Shown here: positions 1 to 14,130 of the stretch, piece after piece | How the letters are laid out: every line of letters begins with the position of its first letter | Position numbering within the stretch: the first letter of the stretch is position 1 | NCBI RefSeq assembly: GCF_009914755.1 | Contig: NC_060937.1 | Source of the DNA: the human T2T-CHM13v2.0 reference genome, Homo sapiens | Length of the DNA: 64,000 nucleotides | Reading direction: 5' to 3' (one strand) | The notes under the pieces: model-generated | What the model was told of the DNA's origin: nothing | What the model saw: the letters and a program-made list of their open reading frames with translations, nothing else | The model's database searches: none | Translations under genes and position numbers: made by a program

Positions 1-117
1 TTCATAATGGGGACCATTACAAGTATGGCTACGCAGGGGATAGGCTACTTTTGCTCTCTACTTTTTAAAAAGAATATTTTTAAAATGGTGTAGCTAGCTC
101 CACTTCCACTGCTGCAG

Positions 118-277
118 TGATACAGGCATACAATGTCTAACTAGATTTTAAGGGCAAGAAAGCATGGCACAAAAGATGAGGTAGCCAGCTGTAGCTGTAG
201 GTAGCTGTACCTACCTCATCTCTTGTGCCATGCTTTCTTGCCCTTAAAATCTAGTTACACATTGTATGCCTGTATCA
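118..277. repeat. Inverted repeat, 67-bp arms with 26-nt spacer
   Basis: 118-184 (tgatacaggc...gatgaggtag) is the reverse complement of 211-277 with 2 mismatches. Confidence 0.95.
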
Positions 278-355
278 AAACATCACATGTACCCCATAAG
301 TACATACAACTATTATGTACTCATAATAATTAAAAATTAAATTTTTTTTTAAAAG
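255..355 (+). mobile_element. L1MA-type 3' end fragment
   Basis: acacattgtatgcctgtatcaaaacatcacatgtacccc...aattaaaaattaaa resembles the L1MA 3' terminus. Confidence 0.7.
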
Positions 356-635
356 AGTAAAATAATCTAGTTGGAAGAGGTGAAGGGAAAAGGTGAGAAG
401 TAGTGTAGGAGTGTCGATCACACCTGGGGGTGTGGGTGGGAGGAGGTGGCTTAAGTCAGGGCATGTGGTGTAGAGGAAAGAAGTCACAAGAGTGAGGCTG
501 TGACTTACACTCAGTCTTGTATAATCACTTAGTGTCTTTTGCTTGGCATTTCTCATGAGTAAAATGTTCATGGTAAAGGGCAGCGTAGAGAAAAAACGTA
601 GAGAAGTATATACAAGAAGAAATATATGCTGGTAA

Positions 636-1839
636 TTTTTTTTATTATTATACTTTAAGTTCTAGGGTACATGTGCACAATGTGCAGGTTTGTTACATAG
701 GTATACATGTGCCATGTTGGTTTGCCGCACCCCTCAACCCGTCACCCACATTAGGTATTTCTCCTAATGCTATCCCTCCCCCAGGCCCCCACCCCCCAAC
801 AGCCCCTGTGTGTGATGTTCCCCATTCTGTGTCCAAGTGTTCTCGTTGTTCAGTTCCCACTTATGAGTGAGAACATGCGGTGTTTGGTTTTCTGTCCTTG
901 TGATAATTTGCTCAGAATGATGGTTTCCAGCTGCATCCATGTCCCTGTAAAGGACATGAACTCATCCTTTCTTATGACTGCATAGTATTCCATGGTATAC
1001 ATGTGCCACATTTTCTTAATCCAGTCTATCATTGATGGACATTTGTGTTGGTTCCAAGTCTTTGCTATTGTGAATAGTGCCGCAACAAACATACGTGTGC
1101 ATGTGTCTTTAGTGTAGCCTGATTTATAATCCTTTGGGTATACACCCAGTAATGGGATCACTGGGTCAAATGGTATTTCTCATTCTAGATCCTTGAGGAA
1201 TCGCCACACTGTCTTCCACAATGATTGAACTAATTTACACTCCCACCAACAGTGTAAAAGCATTCCTATTACTCCACATCCTCTCCAGCATCTGTTGTTT
1301 CCTGACTTTTTAATGATCGCCATTCTAACTGGTGTGAGATGGTATCTCATCGTGGTTTTGATTTGCATTTCTCTGATGACCAGTGATGATGAGCATTTTT
1401 TCATGTGTCTTTTGGCTGCATAAATGTCTTCTTTTGAAAAGTGTCTGTTCATATCCTTTGCCCACTTTTTGATGGGGTTGTTTGTTTTTTTCTTGTAAAT
1501 TTGTTTAAGTTCTTCATAGATTCTGGATGTTAGCCCTTTGTCAGATGGGTAGGTTGCAAAAATTTTCTCCCATTCTGTAGGTTGCCTGTTCACTCTGATG
1601 TTAGTTTCTTTTTGCCATGCAGAAGCTCTTTAGTTTAATTCGATCCCATTTGTCAATTTTCGCTTTTGTTGCCATTGCTTTTGGTGTTTTAGTCATGAAG
1701 TCCTTGCCCATGCCTATGTCCTGAATGGTATTGCCTAGGTTTTCTTCTAGGGTTTTTATGGTTTTTGGTCTAACATTTAAGTCTTTAATCCATCCTGAAT
1801 TAATTTTTGTATAAGGTGTAAGGAAGGGATCTAGTTTCA
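636..1839 (-). mobile_element. L1PA, 5'-truncated (~1.2 kb: ORF2 C-terminus and 3'UTR)
   Basis: Poly(T), then ttattattatactttaagttctagggtacatgtgcac; ORFs 1180-1593 and 1601-1873 translate as L1 ORF2 ([12 protein letters not shown]..., CWWECKLVQ); TSD a(t/c)gctggtaattttt at 626-640 and 1841-1855. Confidence 0.95.
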
Positions 1840-1855
1840 CACGCTGGTAATTTTT

Positions 1856-2152
1856 AATTTTTTTTTGTGACACTGTCTTGCTCTGTCACCCAGGCTGGAG
1901 CACAGTGGCGTGATCCTAGCTCACTGCAGCCTCAACCTCCTGGACTCAAGCGATCTTCCTGCCTCAGCCTACAGAGTAGCTGAGACTACAGGTGCATACC
2001 ACCACTCTCAGCTAATTAAAAAAATTTTTTTTTGTAGAGATGGGGTCTTGCTGTGTTGTCCAGGCTTATCTCAAACTCCTGGGCTCAAGCAATCCTCCTG
2101 CCCCAGCCTCCTAAAGTGTTGGGATTACAGGCATGAGCCACCATGCCCGACC
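1856..2152 (-). mobile_element. AluJ
   Basis: Full dimer with J-type motifs (cactgcagcctcaacctcctggactcaagcgatc). Confidence 0.9.
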
Positions 2153-2415
2153 TGGTAAATGTTTAATAACTGACTCTGGGGGTGTGTAGGGGATAGGAGG
2201 GGAGAAAGCCCTGCTAGGGAGAATTTGCTGGTTTTGTGCTAAAAATACTGCACATCCGGCCAATTTCCAGCTGCCAGCAACAAATGGGTATGTTGACTCT
2301 TGGCTGAACGCATGAGAGATCTCTTAATTTCCCAAAGGAAAAGGGGTCAGGGTGGGAAGGAACAGTACAGAATACTTATAATGTGAACACCCACATTTGA
2401 GATATTTGAAACTAG

Positions 2416-3056
<641 letters not shown>

Positions 3057-3369
3057 ACTGGGAAGAAAAAGATGTTTAATTGGATTTACAGTTCCACATG
3101 GCCGGGGAGGCCTCAGAATCATGATGGAAGGTGAAGGGCACTTCTTTCATGGTAGCAGCAAGAGAAAAATGAGGAAGATACAAAAGAAGAAACCCCTTAC
3201 AATACCATAAGATCTCATGAGATTTGCTCACTACCACAAGAACAGTATGGAGGAAACCACCCACATGATTCAAATTATCTCCCACTGGGCTCCTCCTACA
3301 ACACATGTAAATTATGTGAGTACAATCGAAGATGAGATTTGGGTGGGGACACAGAGTCAAACCATATCA
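3057..3369 (-). mobile_element. THE1 (MaLR) LTR, partial
   Basis: Ends gatgagatttgggtggggacacagagtcaaaccatatca, the reverse complement of the THE1 LTR start. Confidence 0.88.
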
Positions 3370-4194
3370 GATGTCATGCCTCAGGAAGCCTCTCTTACGA
3401 AATGCTTAGCTTGATGTGTGCTTCCTCTCCCTTGCCAGGCAGTGAGGTTCTAGATGCAGGTTCTTAGATCCCCTCATGCATCTATACCCCTCAACATCCT
3501 CACTGTGGCCATGGGAGGGACTCAGTAGTTCTTCATGGCATGAGTGGGCTTGTGGTTTTTCAGGGAGATTACTCTTGGTGAGGGTTTTCCATTCCCTCCT
3601 TTCTGCAGCCCAGGATGGCCTTGGTTGCAGAAAGTATCTACCAGTAGAGGCTGGGGAGGGGAAGACAGTGGGACAGGCTGAAGCCACCATACTGCCTCTG
3701 GGAAGGCTGATCATTTGGTGATGTGTTTGGATTTCCATGCTTTCAGCTTTTTGGTTTGGATTCTCTGTGCTTTTAGGTTTTTTCTCCTATTATGGATAAA
3801 ACCAAATTCTCCAAGCTTTGAGAGAAACTTGGAAGTGGTTGTCAGAGGTTGTGTCTTCAGGAGTGGAATGGATTCAGATTCTGCTGGGAAAATTTGCCAA
3901 GGCTGATCTGTCAGGACAGCCATTGAGACCCACAGCAGGTGTATGGGAGTGGTTGCCAAACTGTGTGCAGCGCAGTCACCAAATTGGATGGGGGATATCT
4001 CCCCCAGGGTATTCTTATGTGGCTCAGGCCTCCATCCATATTCTGGGGAGCACTGCTTGTGCATCAGATTCTCTTGAAGTAGCAAGAGCACCCAGAGGAC
4101 ACTGACTTTTCCATATGCTTACCCCATGTTGGCCTGCCTTCTGTCTACTGTAGCACAGAATCCTCAAACCACCCATTAGGAAAAGATTGTCTCT

Positions 4195-4310
4195 GCTGAG
4201 CAAACAAGGTTCAATGAGGCTGAGAAACTTGCCCAGATTCAGACAATAAGTGGCGAGCCTGAGATTCAAACCCATGCTGGGCCGCCTCTCCAGCCCAGGC
4301 TCTTTCCTTT
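4195..4310 (+). mobile_element. MIR fragment
   Basis: aacttgcccagattcagacaataagtggcgagcctgagattcaaaccca resembles the MIR core. Confidence 0.55.
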
Positions 4311-4563
4311 AGTGCACATGCCAGTGTTACAGAGAATTGTTTCCCAAAAGGAGGGACCCATGCTTAGTGCCGTGGGGACCTGGCCCTAATTCACCTGAAA
4401 TCATTTAGTGAGACAAGCATCCTTTCTAATTCCCGCTTTCAATCCTTCTCACTGGAAATAGTTTGGTGATAGTGTATCCCTAATGCCTCCCTAACTGTTA
4501 GGGATTAGGCATCCCTAATGCCTTCCATAGTCATTTGCAACTCTAACTAAAATCTTACAGTGG

Positions 4564-4808
4564 TTTTTTTTGTTCTTCTCACTGCAACCTGCACCTCCCA
4601 GGCTCAAGCAATCCTCCCATTTCGACCTCCCAAGTAGCTGGGACCACAAGCACACGCCATGACGCCTGGCTAATTTTTGTATTTCGTTGGTAGAGACAGG
4701 GTTTTGCCATGTTGCCCGGGCTGGTCTTGAACTCCTGGGCTCAAGTTATCTGCCCACCTTGGCCTCCCAAAGTGCTGGGATTACAGGCATGAACCACCAC
4801 CCCCGGCC
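4564..4808 (-). mobile_element. AluJ with an internal deletion in the right monomer
   Basis: ctcactgcaacc...ctcctgggctcaag...ccccggcc. Confidence 0.85.
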
Positions 4809-5208
4809 ACAGTGTTGTTTTTTAGTATTTATATTCTCTTCTTTTTATGGCATATTATATTCATTTTACATTCATAGTAGTGCTATAAAGTTTTCTTCAA
4901 AATATTTTTTACATGAAAAAGATTAGTTGAATTAAGGAAAAATTAGGTAAATAAAAGTATAAGTTCAACCAATAGTACTGGGTTAACTAGACAACCACAT
5001 GTAAAGGAATGAAGTTAGATTCTTTCCTCGTATCACAAATAAAAATTAACTCAAAATTAGATCCAAATATATGAGCTAAAACTATTAGGACTCATAGAAG
5101 AAAACATAGGAGTAAATTTTGAGACCTTGGGTTAGGCAACAGTTTCTTATATATGAAGCACAAGCAACAAAAATGTATACATTGGATTTCATCAAAAGTA
5201 AGACTTTT

Positions 5209-5846
<638 letters not shown>

Positions 5847-5998
5847 GATGCCATCAAGAAAATGAAAAGACAACCCATAAGATGGGATAAAATATTTGCA
5901 AGCTATGTATCTAATATGGGACCTGTACTCCAAATATATAAATAATTCTTACAACTCAATCATAAAAAGAAAAATAACTCAATTAACAAATGGGCAAA

Positions 5999-6393
<395 letters not shown>

Positions 6394-7081
6394 TTAATAA
6401 TCATATTAAAAGATGCTTGATGTCACCAATCTTCAGGGAAATAAATGAAAACCAAAATGAGATGCCACCTCACAACAACTGGGATGGCTATAATAGAAAA
6501 GACAAATAATAAGTATTGGCAAAGCTGTGGAGGAACTGGAACCCTTATACATTGCCGGTGGGAATGTAAAATGGTGCAGCCACTTTGACAAACAGTTTGG
6601 CAGTTCCACAAAATGTTAGTCAAAGAGTGATCATTTAACCTAGTAAATGCACTCCTAGTGAAATGAAACATAACGTCCACACAAAAACTTGAACACAAAT
6701 GTTTATAGCAGCATTATTCATAATAACTGCATAGTGGAAATAACACAAGTTTCCAACACCTGATGGATAGATAAATAAAATGTGATATATCCATATAATA
6801 GAATATTATTTGGCAATAAATAGGATTGAAGTACTGATACATGCTAAAATATGGATGAACCTTGAGAACATTATTTAAGTGAAAGAAGCCTGTTACAAAT
6901 CATATGAATCATTTGTATGAAATATCTGCAATAGGCAAATCTGTGGAGACAAAAGTGGATTAATCACTCCTCAGAGTTGAGGGGTGTGTGTATAGAACCG
7001 GGTGTGAAGAATCGGGAGCAGCTGCTAAGAGATCCGAACTTTCTTCTGTGGGGAATAAAAATGTTCTAAAATTAGATTATG

Positions 7082-7391
7082 GGCTGGGCAAGGTGGTTCA
7101 CCCCTGTAATCCCAGCACTTTGGGAGGCCGAGTCGGGTGGATTGCTTGAGTCCAGGAGTTCAAGACCAGCTTGGGCAATGTGGCAAAACCCTGTTTCTAC
7201 AAAAAATATAAATATCAGCCTGGCATGATGGTGCACGCCTGTAGTCCCAGCTACTCAGGAGGCTGAGGTGGAAGAATCGTTTGAGCCCGGGAGGTCAAGG
7301 CTGTAGTAAGTTGTGACGGTGCCACTGTACTCCAGGCTAGGTGACAGAGCAATACCCTGTCTCAAAAATAAATAAAATAAAATAAAATAAA
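7082..7391 (+). mobile_element. AluJ
   Basis: gattgcttgagtccaggagttc...gaggtcaaggctg; (TAAAA)n tail. Confidence 0.9.
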
Positions 7392-7777
7392 ACTAGATTA
7401 TGGTGATGGTTGCAGAACTCTGTGAATATGCTAAAAAACCTTGAATTGTGCACTTTAAATGAGTGAGTTCTATCTTAATACAGCTGTTAAAATAAAAGTA
7501 CTAAGCAGATATAAGGAAGCTCATAAAGAGAGTACAGCAGTGCCCAAAATGCTGGGAAACTCTGAATTGGAGCGTGACATTCCTCAGGGCATCTCGTGTA
7601 CCTCTCTGGAGACAAACTGTCTGTATGTGTTTCCTTTCTATTCTCTGTTGTGTTACTCATAGTCACAAGTAAATCAATCCAATTTTGGCCTAGACTGGTA
7701 GCTGTATTACTCAATCAGATTAAAAATATAAGAGCAAAATATAGGTTGGCTTATGAAATGAGTGGTAGAGGTGCTGA

Positions 7778-8222
<445 letters not shown>

Positions 8223-8227
8223 TGTGA

Positions 8228-10447
8228 CTATATTATATATAATATATATTACATGTAATTATATATTATATATAATATATATTATGTTATATTTAATATT
8301 ATATATTATATTCAATATTCAATATTATATATTTATATATAATATGTTATATATAATATAATATTATCATATATTATATATTAATAGATATATAATATAT
8401 AATATAACATCTATAATAATATATAATATAATATATGATATTCAATATTATATATAATATTATATATAATATTATATATAATATTAATATATAAAATATA
8501 ATCTTAATATATAAAGTATATAATATATAATATATAAAATATATATTATGTTTATAATATATAATATATAAAATATATATTATATTTATAATATATAATA
8601 TATATTTATTATATATATTTATAATATATAATTATATTATATATTAATATAACATAATATAATATATTATATTTATTATATTATATTTATAATATAATAT
8701 ATATTTAATATATTATATAATATATACTATATATTTAATATATTATATAATATATAATATAATATATTTATAATATAAATATATCATATTTATTTATATT
8801 TATAATATATATTTATAATACGTAATATATATTTATAACATATATTTATAATACATATTATATATTTATAATACATAATATTATATATTTATAATATATA
8901 ATATTATATATTTATAATATATATATAATATATACTATTATATTCATAATATATATAATATATAATATTTATATAATATTATATTTTTATAATATATAAT
9001 ATATATTATATATTTATAATATATATAATATATAATATGTATAATATATATATTTATAATATAAAATATTGTATACATATATATGTATACATATATATAA
9101 TATAAATATTATATATATATATAAATATAATATATATATAATATATAATATATAATATAAAATATTGTATACATATATACATAATATAAAATATTGTATA
9201 CATATATAAATATATATAATATAATATATATATTTAAATATATATTTATAATATATAATATTATATATTTATAATATATATTTATAATATATAATATTAT
9301 ATATTTATAATATATAATATATATTTATAATATATAATATTATATATTATAAATATATAATATTATATATTATAAATATATATAATAAATATATATTTAT
9401 AATATATAGTATTATATATTTATAATATATTATATATTTGTAATATATATATTTATATATATTTCTATATTTATGTAAATATATTTATATTTATATATGA
9501 ATATATTTATATTTATATATGATTATATTTATATATATGAATATATTTTTATATATGAATATATTTATATATGAATATATGTATATATATGAATATATGT
9601 ATATATAAATATATGTATATATATACATATATTTATATATATACATATATTTATATATACATATATTCATATATTTATATATACATATATTTATATATTT
9701 ATATTTATATATATTTATATTTATATATAAATATATTTAATATTATTTATATGTATACATATTTATATATAAATATATTTATATTTATATAAATATATTC
9801 ATATTTATATATAACATATTTATATATATACATATATTTATATATGTACATATATACATATATTTATATATTTATATTTTTATATTTATATATATTTATA
9901 TTTATATATAAATATATTTAATATTATTTATATATATACATATTTATATATAAATATATTTAATATTATTTATATATATATACATATTTATATATAAATA
10001 TATTTATATATATAAATATATATTTATATTTATATAAATATATTTATATATCTATATATATAAATATATTTTTATATAAATATATATAAATATATATTTA
10101 TATAAATATATATAAATATATATTTATATAAATATATTTATTTTTATAAATATATTTATATTTATATATATACTTAAATATATTTATATTAATATATATT
10201 TATATTTATATATATTTATATTTGTATATAAATTTATATTTATATATATATTTATATTGATATATAAATATATTTATATTGATATATAAATATATTTATA
10301 TTGATATATAAATATATTTATATAATATATATTTTAATATATAATAATAAATATATATTATATTATATTATATATTATATATAATGTAATAATAAATATA
10401 AAATATATATAAATATATAATATATAAAATATATTATATATATTAAA
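8228..10447. repeat. ~2.2-kb (TA)n-like low-complexity tract / AT minisatellite
   Basis: Almost exclusively A and T; recurring tatatttataata and tatatttatata units. Confidence 0.97.
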
Positions 10448-11769
10448 AGAATGGTTTCAGCACAAAAATCAGTACACTGGAGTTGTATGTATAAGAAACG
10501 CTAGCATATTAAGTAGGAAGCCTTCTTGGGGTGCCTGCCTGGGACTACCTGCCTCGTCTTTGGGCACTGTTTGGATCATGCACTCTCGACTCATTATGAT
10601 GGGCAGCAAGCCTGGTGACACCACCTCCCTGGCCGCAACTGATTGCACCAGGGGGAGCTCTCTAGTCCACATTAGGCCAATCAGATCCTCTTTCCAGGAA
10701 TTTGGGACTGGGAATTAAAGTAGTGGATTCCCTAAAATATTTTTGGGGTGACTTTTAAACTTCTTCATTTTAAGCATATAGGATTAATAGCAAAAGAGGT
10801 GATTTCCTGGGTTCCACATATACTTACATTTTAAAATAAAATAATTACATCACTCTTTATCCATATCCAGTGGAGTCTCAATTCATCCATTAAATCCACC
10901 CATTCATCATCCTTAAAAAAAAAAAAAACCAAGCACTTTATTAACAGCTTGGTTACACACATGTAATTGTATGGTTTTGAGTTATTTTCTTAGTATTGAT
11001 TTCTATTTTTACTGTGCTGTGATCTGAGAATGTGGTTGGTATGATTTCAGTTTTTTTGAATTACAATAGGACATGTCACATTATTTTTTCTCCTTAAACC
11101 TATAGTTCCACTCCAAATTCTCCGTTTGTTTAATTGATCACAATTACATGGTTCTCCAGAATGAAAATTCTCATGTAAACTGAAATTAGAAATTTAAATT
11201 TTTTCAGTGGCCATAAGACTCTAAGCATGTTAAAAACAAGTTAAATATACTACATATTTTCATAAATATTCAACGTAAAAGTAAAATTTTATTGGCCTTT
11301 TAAACTTTTAGTTCATGTATCCAATGATTAAATATTACATACTGATGACTATCACTTATTCCTATTATCCCTATTTTTACAGAGATATAGCTGTAATCAA
11401 TACATATTAATTAACTTAATTCCAATAAATATGCAAAAAAGGTAACTACATGAGATGATGACTATGTTAATTTACTTGACTGTGGTAACCACTTCATTAT
11501 ATTAAAACATCCCATGTTGTCAACCTTAAATATCTGCAGTAAAACAATTTTTAAGTATATATTAAAAATCAATCAATAAAAAGGCAGAGAAGATTAGAAG
11601 TAATTTGTATATCAATATCATTCAATAATTTAAAACTTTTCTCAATTTTATGCCAAAAATTATGGAGTGATGTCCATCAAACGCCTTTTATTAAAAAGTC
11701 TATCTGTGGACAACTTGAGTAGCGCCTTCTTCAATTTTGACAGAAGCAATGAAGTGGACGTGTCCTGAC

Positions 11770-12158
11770 TTGCCTGGTAGCCGAGGCTTCAGTGTCCCAC
11801 CCACCTCCTATCGGCAGTGCTCATATCAGGACATGCTGTTGGGTGTCTGACTGTAAATACACATGTCTGTCCCCGGGAGAGCTTCCCCTTTGCCTGAGTG
11901 TGAGGGAGACGAGGGGCAGGGAGGTAATGCCCTGGGACCAGCCCTAGGTGGATGACAAAGGAGATCTGGAGAATAAACACCCCAGCTTCCCAGCCTGTCA
12001 GGTGGGATAGCCTTGAGTGCTCCACAGCAGCTCCCAGAGTCTCCTACCTGAGCTCAGGCCCAGCCTCTCACAGTGGTAATGTGCTCAGTAAGGCACTCTG
12101 TACCAGCTTCCTTCTCTTCACAGTCACTTCCGGCTCCCCTCTGGTGCCTCCTGGGATT
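11770..12158 (+). mobile_element. LTR16-like (ERVL) fragment
   Basis: cacagtggtaat...cttccttctcttcacagtcacttcc...ggtgcctcctgggat resembles LTR16. Confidence 0.55.
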
Positions 12159-12625
12159 GTCACAGGATCCTTAGGATGTCGCTTCACCAGCCGGAAACCT
12201 CTGTGGCCAGTGGCACCTCTGCTTGAGTTTTGCTTGCACCCACTGGGTTTGTTCTGCCGACTCGGCCCGTCAGGCTGCATGCACTTGGCTTGTGCTACCA
12301 GCCTGGATCCCACTCCTGCCAAAGTCAAGCCAGGCACAGAGAGGCAGGGAGTGTGTGAATGAGCAATCACAGGGTCTGGCCACTGTGCACAGCCAGGTGT
12401 GCCAGCTGCAGCAGGGTGGGCAGCTCCAGGCACTGGCACAGGCAGTGCCTTTGTGCGAGGCTACGGCTGGACCAGACATACTACAAGCGGCTTCTGCTTG
12501 TATCCAGACTAGTGTCTGGGCAAGGTGGAAAGCAGTGGTGCCTGAAAGCTTGCAGAGCCCCAAAGAGAGTGTTATGGCACGTCACAGCCCTTGCTTGGGA
12601 GCCCCAAGTTCTGGGCTCCTTCCAC
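12159..12625 (-). mobile_element. MER52/LTR28-like ERV1 LTR, partial
   Basis: Begins tgtcacaggatccttaggatgtcgcttcaccagccggaaacctctgtggcc. Confidence 0.6.
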
Positions 12626-12775
12626 CTCTGCCCACCTGACATAGTGTATTCTGAGTTTTGTGGTTTTATTCCTTGCTGATTTAAAATATATTTCTAGCAC
12701 ACATATAGGCATGTCAATAACATAATGATTAATTTTAATTGCTTTTGACTTTTATAAAAAAGATTTTTTTAAAGT

Positions 12776-13124
12776 CAGTGTGGGCTGATATAACAAAGTA
12801 CTGTAGACTGAGTGGCTTATAAACAATAGAAATTTATTTCTTACAGTTCTGGAGGCTGGAAGCCCAAGATCAGAGTGCCAGCCTGGTGGGGCCCTGGGGA
12901 GGACCCTCTTCTGAGTTGCAGATTGCCATCTTCCTGTTGTATCCTCAAAAGGTGAAAGGAGCACTATCTGGCTCTCAGGCCTCTTCTTATAAGGGCACTA
13001 ATCCCATCCAAGAGGGCTCTACCTTCATGACCTGATTATCTCCCACAGGCCCACATTGGGATTAGGGTTTCAACATATGAATTCTTGGTGCAGCGGGGGA
13101 AGCACAAAAATTTAGTCCATTGCA
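12776..13124 (-). mobile_element. MLT1A LTR
   Basis: ggcttataaacaatagaaatttatttc...cagttctggaggctgg...caacatatgaattc...tagtccattgca. Confidence 0.8.
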
Positions 13125-13129
13125 GATAT

Positions 13130-14130
13130 CATGCCATATATAACCTTCTGGGACTTTTTCCCCACTTATTTTTTTTTTTATTACGAAGTGTCATTCATAT
13201 TGTTGTGGTTAGCTGTGATTCATTCATCTTCACTGCTACATAGTATTCCACAGTGTGAATATGCCATAATTTATTAATCTGGCCTTCTTGACTCCAGAGT
13301 GTAGGCTTTACCATGTGTTGCTGTAATCAACATCACTGTAGTGAACATTCTCATAAGGGGCTCTCTCTCCTTGTGCACACATGCCGGCGTCTTCCTTGGT
13401 TTCTACCAAAGAATGAAATGCTGGGTTAGTAGTAGGGTGTGTGAATGTCAACTTCACAAGATAATGCCAGACTGTTTTCCAAAGCGGTTGTAGCAATTTA
13501 TACTCTTGCCAGCAATGTTTAAGCTATCTTATTCATCTATCCACTTTAGTATTTGGTGTTGCCAGACTTAATTTTTGCCAATCAAATGGATGTAAATTGG
13601 TGTCTTTTTATGGTCTTGATTTGCATTTCCAGAGTTATTTATGAGGACTTCAATAAATGGCACTGGAGAAACTTACTATCCATATGAAGAGTAAATTAGA
13701 TTTCTATCTTACATCAGACATGCAAATCAACTCTGGATGGATTAACCATTCAAATATCAAAAGCAATTAAAACTTTCAGAAGGAAAAAGTGGTGAATATC
13801 TTTAGATCTTGAGGGTAGGGAAGGCTTTCTTAAACATTGGACACAAAAAAAGCCCACTATAGAATGGAAGTGTGATGAATTTCATTACATAACAATTAAA
13901 AACTTGTGTTCATCAACAACGTGTTAAATAAGGTCAAAAGATAAGCTACAAACAGAGAGGATGTATCACATTTAACAAAAATTCTATATCAAAATAATTC
14001 TAAGAACTCCTATAAATCAATAAGAAGAGAACACAACTCAACAGGAAAATACACAAAATACATAAATTGGTATTTCACAGAATAAACACATAAGGCCAAT
14101 ACTTATATGATGAGACACTTAATTTCATCA
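13130..14130. mobile_element. Old L1M in two oppositely oriented pieces (13130-13645 minus; 13650-14130 plus)
   Basis: ccagactgttttccaaagcggttg and ttgatttgcatttcc on minus; ttcaataaatggc...aagaactcctataaatcaataag on plus. Confidence 0.7.

Noticed and set aside
673-1873. ORFs with L1 ORF2 similarity as genes
   Set aside because: Fragments of a 5'-truncated, frameshifted L1PA
3406-4275. Cluster of overlapping 60-126-aa ORFs
   Set aside because: No recognisable domains, overlapping on both strands, and lengths compatible with chance
9571-9792. 73-aa Ile/Tyr-rich ORF
   Set aside because: Translation of the (TA)n tract
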